This document shows positions 18,324 through 25,494 of a stretch of DNA of 64,000 bases, piece by piece; the first letter of the stretch is position 1; the number at the start of each line of letters is the position of its first letter. Position numbers and translations under genes: made by a program. Source of the DNA: Candidatus Gastranaerophilales bacterium (lineage in GTDB: Bacteria > Cyanobacteriota > Vampirovibrionia > Gastranaerophilales > CAJFVJ01); the NCBI GenBank assembly GCA_944323485.1, contig CALUSR010000002.1, positions 68,048-132,047 on the forward strand, read 5' to 3'. The notes below the pieces were generated by a model. That model saw only the letters and a list, made by a program, of their open reading frames with translations. It made no database searches and was not told the origin of the DNA.

Positions 18324-19195
18324 CACCGATTCCTTTCCTTGCGTTTCCATATTTTATTTTTTTTCCCAAAGAGAATTAATATTTTATATCCGTCTTCATT
18401 CTTCAAAGAAAAAATCCATTTTACCAAATTGTATCTGTCAAGATACAAAAACAAAAACAAATTATCTTTCATTAACAACTTATTTGAAGCAGAAACAAGA
18501 ATATCTCTGTGTTCAAGCCCATATTTCGTCCTTTTTATATAACTCTGTTCATGAATCCGCCAGTATGTAGTAGTTTCATCCGTATATGAAAAATTGTAAT
18601 GAAAAGCAAATTGCCGCCAGAGCCAAAAATCAAGCCATGGTTTGATAGGAGTATCAAAATTCAACGACTCAAAAATTGATTTTTTTATCATAACAGCAGA
18701 AAAAGTAGGCAGAATATTCTCAAGAGAAAAATACCCGAATAAATTTTTATCTGTCTCTTTTGAAAAAACGGAATGATATCTTTCAACAGCCTTATCCCTT
18801 ATAGGACTTCCGATTGTTTTTATTTTGTTGCATAAAATAGAAACATCTTCATTTTTACGGATATAGTCTGCTTTTACCTCCAGATAATTCTCTTCCCAAT
18901 AATCATCACTTTCAAGAAACGCTACATATTCTCCTTTGCATTTTGATAATCCTAAATGCATAGATTCAACAAGCCCTCTGTTCTCATTATTTGGATGGGT
19001 ATAGAAATAAAAATTCGAATACTTCGAAGTGTACTCTTTGATTATATCAACAGACCCATCAGAAGAACCATCATCAACTATAATAACTTCAAAATTCTTG
19101 TATGTTTGATTTGCCAGCGATGTGAGCGTTTCATGCAAAAATTTTTCATAGTTAAAACTTGTAACTAAAACACTCACAAAAGGTGATGACGACAT
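18323..19195 (-). CDS. GT2 glycosyltransferase
   Basis: 290 aa with FVSVLVTSFNYEKFL...VIIVDDGSSDGS and FLESDD. C-terminus carries IFSLKNEDGYKILILFGKKNKIWKRK. Confidence 0.8.
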   Translation of the reverse strand: MSSSPFVSVLVTSFNYEKFLHETLTSLANQTYKNFEVIIVDDGSSDGSVDIIKEYTSKYSNFYFYTHPNNENRGLVESMHLGLSKCKGEYVAFLESDDYWEENYLEVKADYIRKNEDVSILCNKIKTIGSPIRDKAVERYHSVFSKETDKNLFGYFSLENILPTFSAVMIKKSIFESLNFDTPIKPWLDFWLWRQFAFHYNFSYTDETTTYWRIHEQSYIKRTKYGLEHRDILVSASNKLLMKDNLFLFLYLDRYNLVKWIFSLKNEDGYKILILFGKKNKIWKRKERNR

Positions 19196-19427
19196 ATTTC
19201 CTCTTCAAAATCCGTGTATACTATCCTTATTTTAAATCAAATACGAATTTTTATGGTATTTTGTTAATGTTTTTGAACACCACTATTTTTTATACCTAAA
19301 CGACAAACTATATTTATTTGAAAAAAGGATTTGGAATATATCTTTTGCAGCGAATTTTTACAATTTTCAGACTAAAACTGTATCTTTTCGGTCTCAGACT
19401 TGATTTTTGCCTCGGTAAAATAAGGGA

Positions 19428-20690
19428 CTAACACCATTGAACACCAAGCAGACTATCTATTTTACTTTTTACATTCTCGGAGAATTTTTCCATCGAAAAA
19501 TACTCCTCATAAATTTTGCGTCCCTCTTTTGCTATATAATGATATTTGTCAAAATTCAGCACGATATCCTCAATTTTATTTTTCAAATCTTTGGCATTTC
19601 CTGTCTTGAATAAAACAGCATTTTTCTTGTCCTCGACCAACAAAGCCTGACCTATAGAATCAGGGAATAAACACAATTTTGAATGCATAAATCCCTCTGT
19701 AATCACTATCGGCAATGGATCACTTTTTGATGAGGACACAACAACATCACAATCAGCATAATATTGCAAAAGCTCATCATGTGAAACAGGTGGCAAAATA
19801 TCAAGTTCTTTTATGTTTGATGCTCTATCAAGCATTTTTTTATAATACCCTTGTTCCATAACTTTTCCGATAATTTTAAAACTGCATTTTTCCCTCATCT
19901 TTTCAGGGAGAGCAGATATTGCATCAATAAAAATATGTATGCCCTTCCTTTTTTCTATAGACCCGACCAGAAGAAAATTCAACAAACTTTCATCTGTTTT
20001 GCTTTTAGAGGGGAGTTTTTCTTCAAGAAGACCGTAAGGAAAAAATGTTCTGCGCACTTTTGAAAAATGTTTTTTCAAAAAATCTTCTAACAGTGGAGAT
20101 ACAAACCATACCTCGCTAACAAATGTCAAAAACTTATCTATACGCATTTTTTTGATAGAATTCATATCCAAAACTTCATGGTTCCACCAAACAATCGGAA
20201 CTGAAGTATCCTTTGGAACCTCAAAAAATAAAGACGCAAAAGAGTTTACTATAATCAAATCAAAACTATCCAGAAAATCTTTCAAATCATTCCTGAAAAA
20301 CGGCAATTCTCCAATCAAAAAAGTTTTTATCCCCTTATTCTCAAATTCAAATCTTAGCGGACCATCAGCACATCCAAGAACAATCGGATATTCTCCATAA
20401 ATTTTTTTGATGGTTTCTGCAAGCATTAAACCTGCCATAGGTGCACCTGTTCTTGAAAACTCATGAGTAACAAGGAGAAATTTACCTCTGTATTTTTCAA
20501 GAACTCTTTTCTTCAGAATAGAACTCAACAACGCAGGTGAATAAAAAAGAGGCAGACCGAATTCACCGTTTTTATTTAATATTGATGATTCTTTCACAAT
20601 ATTTCTCAGCGTTTTTAAATATCTTCTGTCTGTTGAAAGATTCCTCGATATATTCAACAAAAAGCCTAACTTTTGAATAAAATCCTTCAT
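19428..20690 (-). CDS. GT4 (group 1) glycosyltransferase
   Basis: The C-terminal block PLPIVITEGFMHSKLCLFPDSIG..LVED is the GT4 E-x7-E region. I prefer the ATG at 20690 (MKDFIQ, GAGGTG SD), because the track start at 20798 would overlap the divergent gene that starts at 20761. Confidence 0.7.
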   Translation of the reverse strand: MKDFIQKLGFLLNISRNLSTDRRYLKTLRNIVKESSILNKNGEFGLPLFYSPALLSSILKKRVLEKYRGKFLLVTHEFSRTGAPMAGLMLAETIKKIYGEYPIVLGCADGPLRFEFENKGIKTFLIGELPFFRNDLKDFLDSFDLIIVNSFASLFFEVPKDTSVPIVWWNHEVLDMNSIKKMRIDKFLTFVSEVWFVSPLLEDFLKKHFSKVRRTFFPYGLLEEKLPSKSKTDESLLNFLLVGSIEKRKGIHIFIDAISALPEKMREKCSFKIIGKVMEQGYYKKMLDRASNIKELDILPPVSHDELLQYYADCDVVVSSSKSDPLPIVITEGFMHSKLCLFPDSIGQALLVEDKKNAVLFKTGNAKDLKNKIEDIVLNFDKYHYIAKEGRKIYEEYFSMEKFSENVKSKIDSLLGVQWC

Positions 20691-20760
20691 AAACACCTCT
20701 GACTTATATTTAAACACAATATTTGATATAATTACAACAATACAAAACAACGGAATAAAT

Positions 20761-21612
20761 ATGCAAGACCTGATATCTGTCATAATACCATCGTTCAATC
20801 ACGAAAAATTCATACCATACACAATAAACTCCATTATCAACCAGACATTCAAAAATCTGGAGATGATAATCATCGACGACAATTCATCTGACAACACAAA
20901 AAGCGCTGTTTTATCACTCGAGAATGAATGCAGAAAAAGATTTGTAAACTTTGATTTTATCGAAAAAAAACAAAACGTAGGAATCAACGACAGTCTCAAT
21001 ATCGGTATAGAGGCAGCAAAAGGGAAATATGTTTATATTATTGCATCAGATGACATCGCAAAACCTGAGGCAATAGAAACACTCTACAGCTTCATAAAAG
21101 ATAAAGCAGACTACGCCCTTATCACCGGTGATGGCGAGTTAATTGATGAGGACAACAACAGGATATTCTGGGATCATGAATTCAATCCCCACCCAAAATA
21201 TGACCCGGTTGTTGCAAAATACAAAACTACAGCGCAAAGGATGGAAAAATCTGCAAGAATAAATTTTTTATCCGAACAATACGGTGACTACAAAACACTG
21301 CTTTGGTCAAACTACATCACAAACGGTTATCTTCTCAGAAAATCAGCACTCATTGAAGCAGGAAAATACAGAGAAGATGTATTGGAAGACTGGTATATGA
21401 ATCTCCAGCTTGCAAAGAAATATAAATTCAAATTCATAGACAAAGTTCTTTTTTCTTACCGTTGGCATAGCTCAAATGCAATAAGAACAGAAGCTGCACA
21501 AAAGAAATATTTATCTACTCTTCTTTATGAAAAAGACTACTGCTTCAAACATAATCTAAAAGAGGAATGGGAAAAAGCTTTTGAAAAATACAAAAGTATT
21601 ATGCCACTCTGA
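20761..21612 (+). CDS. GT2 glycosyltransferase
   Basis: 283 aa with ISVIIPSFNHEKFI...NLEMIIIDDNSSDNT and IIASDD. Confidence 0.8.
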   Translation: MQDLISVIIPSFNHEKFIPYTINSIINQTFKNLEMIIIDDNSSDNTKSAVLSLENECRKRFVNFDFIEKKQNVGINDSLNIGIEAAKGKYVYIIASDDIAKPEAIETLYSFIKDKADYALITGDGELIDEDNNRIFWDHEFNPHPKYDPVVAKYKTTAQRMEKSARINFLSEQYGDYKTLLWSNYITNGYLLRKSALIEAGKYREDVLEDWYMNLQLAKKYKFKFIDKVLFSYRWHSSNAIRTEAAQKKYLSTLLYEKDYCFKHNLKEEWEKAFEKYKSIMPL

Positions 21613-21642
21613 ATACATCGAAGAAGCATTCACAAAAGATAT

Positions 21643-21692
21643 TTCGCTGCGCTCAATATGACAATTTCTTCGCCAATCTGAGCGCAAGCGAA
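21643..21692. other. GC-rich 13-bp imperfect inverted repeat (possible bidirectional terminator or boundary element)
   Basis: TTCGCTGCGCTCA (21643-21655) pairs with TGAGCGCAAGCGAA (21679-21692), with one bulged A and a 23-nt loop. It sits between convergent genes. There is no clear U-tract. Confidence 0.3.
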
Positions 21693-21703
21693 GGGTCTTT
21701 CTG

Positions 21704-22252
21704 CTAAACTAACGAATAATCAAGAATCACCGAATCAAGCTCAAACTGAGTTGAAGCAGAGTTAATCGCAGCCTCATACTGTTTATATGTCTTATCAAGA
21801 GTGTTCAACTTGTTGAATATCTCAAGATAAAACGCTCCTACCTGCTCGGGTGTCATCTCGGGAGAAGATGTTTCCTGACCGTCTGTATATGTTCTGAAAG
21901 ACCCTGCAGGGAGATTTGCCTTTGTAATGCTTACAAGATTCAGAAAACCCGTTGCCATTACATCAACCCTGCCAATCGGAGTGTTCACTTTCACAACTCC
22001 GAAGGATGTTGTCAAAGACTCTTTGTTCTCAAGAGCCTGTTTGTTTTCGAGAAGTTTTTTAATTCTTTCTTCTTCGAGTTTTTTTGATTTATATTCATCG
22101 GTGTTTGAAATATCAGTCAGCACACCTTCAACAACCTTAAAGCTGTCTTGATTTTCGTTGAAATACTCATAGTCTATATCAACATAACTTGACCCTGAAA
22201 AAGCCCAATCAGCCCAATTTGTCAGAATATTATTTTCTATTTTTATATACAT
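21704..22252 (-). CDS. DUF4376-like protein (tail-fibre-associated domain)
   Basis: The C-terminal half (GSFRTYTDGQETSSPEMTPEQVGAFYLEIFNKLNTLDKTYKQYEAAINSASTQFELDSV) resembles the DUF4376 pattern. The ATG at 22252 lies 2 nt after the upstream TAA, with SD GGAGAAGGAG. Track start is 22276. Confidence 0.45.
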   Translation of the reverse strand: MYIKIENNILTNWADWAFSGSSYVDIDYEYFNENQDSFKVVEGVLTDISNTDEYKSKKLEEERIKKLLENKQALENKESLTTSFGVVKVNTPIGRVDVMATGFLNLVSITKANLPAGSFRTYTDGQETSSPEMTPEQVGAFYLEIFNKLNTLDKTYKQYEAAINSASTQFELDSVILDYSLV

Positions 22253-22254
22253 AT

Positions 22255-23538
22255 TTACACTCCTTCTCCTATGCAAGGATAAAATCTCAATGCTTGGCTC
22301 AAAATAGAAGCATTACCGCTTCTTGAACCTTTATAGACACTACCTTTTTTTATGGGATGAAATGCCGATGATGACGTTGTTCCTGCCCCCATAGTAGTTG
22401 TAAGAACGTTAAATGTTTTACCGTCAATATTTAAATCAAAGTATAACGCTGTAGAAGTAAAAGAACATTGTACTTGTGCAAACAACCATCCGTTACACTC
22501 AGCTGTATAATTTGTATTCCAAGTCTTATTTACACCCCTTGTTAAATCAGGCAAAAAAGAAACAGCAGAAACATCATATCCGTTCATATTGTAGATAAAA
22601 GTTTTCACTTTTGTTATCACACCAGATGATACGGTAAAAGCCCCTATCGGAACTTTTGAATATTCAGAAATACCGTCACTTGTAATCTGATAAGCATTTG
22701 TCGGTTCTTTTGATGTATCAAACCAGACAAAACCTTCTTTTTCACTCCACTTTGTAACTTCATAATCCAGAGGCAAACATCCGAACACCCATCCGTTTGT
22801 TGCTCCGAAGTTTGTAACTCCAGTTATTCTGAATGCTTTAAATTCCAAATTCGGATAATCACTTGTATAAACAATGTCTGTATTTGTTCCTGATATTGTT
22901 TCATTTATATTTACAACCGTCGTCCAGACGTCATATTGGTCAAGAACTTCTATATAGCCTGTCTTGATTCTTTTCGTGTCCAAAGAAGAAGATATCACCC
23001 ATTTTTTTGCTTTCATAAAAAACGGCATCTCTAACTTTGAATAAGAATTTGCCTTAGAAAATGTTGCATTTGTAACAAACGCACTATAATAAGCAGAACC
23101 TGAGGCAATGTTTGTTCCGCTGCTGATAAAGCTGTTTTGAGAATTTGATTTAAGAAGAGGTATGGAAAACGGACTTTCAGAACCTTTATCAAACAAAGAT
23201 TTTTCAACGGTTTCAACACTACCATCTGCTCCTGCAAACACAATATATTCACCATCGTCCATTGAAGATACGGATAAGTCACTCAAAGAAGACAATGCAA
23301 AACTCTTTCTCTGGGCATTTGTCAAAATCAAATCAGGATAGATTCCTCCAACTTTGAATTTTAATGTTGAATCCTCAAAAGATAACAAATCAGGCTCTCC
23401 ATGAGATAAATTTCCGCTGTTTATGCAAAAATTTTTTGTTGTTTTATACTTCAGATGCATCAAACACTCATTCAACGTATCAGGGTTGCATGGAGTTCCA
23501 AGAGCCGTCGGATTGTCTGACCATAAATAATTCGTCAT
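22255..23538 (-). CDS. hypothetical beta-rich protein, tail-fibre/receptor-binding-like
   Basis: 427-aa ORF rich in S/T/N/G, with no TM or signal peptide. Translationally coupled to the DUF4376-like gene. The function is inferred only from that pairing and from composition. Confidence 0.45.
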   Translation of the reverse strand: MTNYLWSDNPTALGTPCNPDTLNECLMHLKYKTTKNFCINSGNLSHGEPDLLSFEDSTLKFKVGGIYPDLILTNAQRKSFALSSLSDLSVSSMDDGEYIVFAGADGSVETVEKSLFDKGSESPFSIPLLKSNSQNSFISSGTNIASGSAYYSAFVTNATFSKANSYSKLEMPFFMKAKKWVISSSLDTKRIKTGYIEVLDQYDVWTTVVNINETISGTNTDIVYTSDYPNLEFKAFRITGVTNFGATNGWVFGCLPLDYEVTKWSEKEGFVWFDTSKEPTNAYQITSDGISEYSKVPIGAFTVSSGVITKVKTFIYNMNGYDVSAVSFLPDLTRGVNKTWNTNYTAECNGWLFAQVQCSFTSTALYFDLNIDGKTFNVLTTTMGAGTTSSSAFHPIKKGSVYKGSRSGNASILSQALRFYPCIGEGV

Positions 23539-23642
23539 AAAAAAACTCCTTATTAATCTACTAACCGAAATAAGAATAATCTATTTCTAAATAAATAATA
23601 AGAAGTTCAAAACTTAGTAAATCGTTTTATTAATACCGCTTT

Positions 23643-24386
23643 TTACTTAATAGAAAAAACGACATTCGCAACTGCGTTCACTTTTTTATCAATAGTTGTT
23701 GTATCATTGATTCCCCAGTCGCTGACATCATTCGAATCACTGCGTGTAATCTGAAAGACTCCCATCTTGACCGAGCGTATTTTGCCGACGTCATTGTTTG
23801 TTGCCTTCAACATCGCCTGCGCTCTTGCTTTTGCATCTTTTGTTGCATCTTCAAGCAGTTTCACTTTCAAATCGGCAAGCCCAGTATATTGATATTCAGG
23901 ATTTGATGAGTTGATGTTTATTCCCTTTGATAATAAATCCTGAATGTTTGTCGATAAATCTTTTATTTTGTTTACATCATTTGATTTTATTTTGACAGGC
24001 TGCGAAAAATTATAAAACGCTACATCCTGTGTTGAATATCCTGTCTGAGGATTTGTTTTGTAAGTCGGATAAGAAGTAGGAGGCAAAAATTCTATTTCTT
24101 CCTCTTTCACTCCGTTTTTCAATAAATAATTTTTTACCTCAGGTATCTGTGATTTCACAGCGTCATAAGCAGCCGCCTTGTTCGCATTTTTCGAAACAAT
24201 GTTGAACTGCCAGCTTGCGAAATCGGATTTTACTATCTGATAAGCAGACCCGGTAACAGTTATCCCGTCTTTAGCAAGATTATCAGATGCTGTTTTTGAA
24301 CACGCAACCAACCCTAAAGCGAGAACCAAACCGAAAATTACAAGTTGAAAATCTTTTAGAATCTGGTACATAAAATGCCCTGCCAT
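23643..24386 (-). CDS. SIMPL/DUF541 family lipoprotein
   Basis: 247 aa. Signal peptide with lipobox LALGLVAC. The body resembles the SIMPL family (GITVTGSA...QF.I, ending VNAVANVVFSIK). Alternative ATG at 24371. Confidence 0.7.
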   Translation of the reverse strand: MAGHFMYQILKDFQLVIFGLVLALGLVACSKTASDNLAKDGITVTGSAYQIVKSDFASWQFNIVSKNANKAAAYDAVKSQIPEVKNYLLKNGVKEEEIEFLPPTSYPTYKTNPQTGYSTQDVAFYNFSQPVKIKSNDVNKIKDLSTNIQDLLSKGININSSNPEYQYTGLADLKVKLLEDATKDAKARAQAMLKATNNDVGKIRSVKMGVFQITRSDSNDVSDWGINDTTTIDKKVNAVANVVFSIK

Positions 24387-24484
24387 AAAACTTTTACATA
24401 AACATACTCTACACTATTTTGTTGTTCTATGCAATCAAACATATTTAGTGTATTGTAAAAACATAACAACATAGGAGATTGTAT

Positions 24485-25156
24485 ATGAGAAGAAATATTT
24501 TTATTATACTTGCGATTGCCATTCCTCTGAGCATACTGGGATATTTCAAACTGTTCGTCACACAGCAGTTTGTGACAACGTCAGATACCATCAAAAAAAA
24601 TTTCTTCCTCAAAGAAACAAAGGAAGTTTATGTTGTTTGTGTCGGTGCAAAAAATTCGACAAATGTTATTAAATCACACCTCAAAACACAACAGGGAAAC
24701 TCTTTTACATATGAAGGCTGCCCTGTTGATTATACAAAGGCGTTTGTTGTCGATACAGAATTAAATATAAAAAATCCTCAAACAGTATTTTTCAAAAAAA
24801 ATGAAAAAGATTCAGGAATTTCAACAATCTTCAATATCGAAGGGTATCTCTTTAAAATAAGCAAATCAATCGAGCGTAAAATATACCCGGGCAAAAAAGA
24901 ACAAGAAGCAAAAATGACTGTATCACTTGTCCTTGATTCAGGAGAACAACGTTTGAAGGAAGCCCAAATAACATCTACCGGCGAACTGGCTCAAGATATT
25001 GACCTGATTTGGTGCGGTGATTTGGACGGAGATAAAAAAACAGATCTTCTGCTGAAAGTTTCAGACCAAAATAAACAGGAAAGTCTATATCTGTATACGT
25101 CTTCAGAAGTCAAAGAACCTGATTTTGTCAAAGAAATCAGACACTCTCAAAATTAG
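24485..25156 (+). CDS. hypothetical membrane-anchored protein with one FG-GAP/VCBS-like DxDGD motif
   Basis: ATG at 24485 lies 7 nt after AGGAG (24473-24477). N-terminal TM is IFIILAIAIPLSILGYF. C-terminal motif is WCGDLDGDKKTDLLL. Confidence 0.55.
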   Translation: MRRNIFIILAIAIPLSILGYFKLFVTQQFVTTSDTIKKNFFLKETKEVYVVCVGAKNSTNVIKSHLKTQQGNSFTYEGCPVDYTKAFVVDTELNIKNPQTVFFKKNEKDSGISTIFNIEGYLFKISKSIERKIYPGKKEQEAKMTVSLVLDSGEQRLKEAQITSTGELAQDIDLIWCGDLDGDKKTDLLLKVSDQNKQESLYLYTSSEVKEPDFVKEIRHSQN

Positions 25157-25476
25157 CGATTTGCTTTTCTTTCTCTTATTTGAGCAACCTTTGTCTTGAT
25201 ATCAGAGGCAAGTTGCTGCTGAATTGCCATAATTTCATCATGAACCTGCTTCATTTGAGGAGTCGGGTCGTCATTATTGATATTTGAACCAATCAGACTG
25301 TCTTTCAAAATCTGAATTTTTGTTTCAGCAACTGCAATCAACTCCATAACTTCATTAATTTCCATATTTGTAAAATTAAGTTTTTTCAAATTTGCAGCCA
25401 TGGTTTCTTTGATTTTTTCACGGTCTTCTTCTATTTTTTTTGTCAGATTTTCTTCTTTCTTTTTTCCAAAAAACAT
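25153..25476 (-). CDS. hypothetical coiled-coil protein
   Basis: 107 aa, rich in K/E/Q with a heptad-like pattern. SD AGGAG about 9 nt upstream. Lies 18 nt downstream of the radical SAM gene. Confidence 0.5.
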   Translation of the reverse strand: MFFGKKKEENLTKKIEEDREKIKETMAANLKKLNFTNMEINEVMELIAVAETKIQILKDSLIGSNINNDDPTPQMKQVHDEIMAIQQQLASDIKTKVAQIRERKANR

Positions 25477-25494
25477 CTTCTATATCTCCTAGTT

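Noticed and set aside
19196-19427. 232-nt intergenic region between the GT4 and GT2 genes, as a possible ncRNA.
   Set aside because: It contains only short direct repeats (TCAGACT x2) and no stable hairpin. Most simply it is the promoter region for the downstream minus-strand GT operon.
20691-20798. N-terminal 36-codon extension of the GT4 gene (track start 20798). Similar extensions were seen at 22276, 27306, 32603, 36769, 42519, 44311, 45841, 55793, 56598 and 63557.
   Set aside because: The extended starts are mostly TTG/GTG without an SD, and/or they overlap the neighbouring gene. Downstream ATGs have properly spaced SD sequences and give N-termini typical of the families.
21704-25476. 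Prophage or prophage remnant spanning the tail-fibre-like genes and their neighbours.
   Set aside because: Only two genes are phage-like. The neighbours are a SIMPL lipoprotein, a membrane protein and a coiled-coil protein. No capsid, terminase, portal, integrase, lysis or att repeats were seen.
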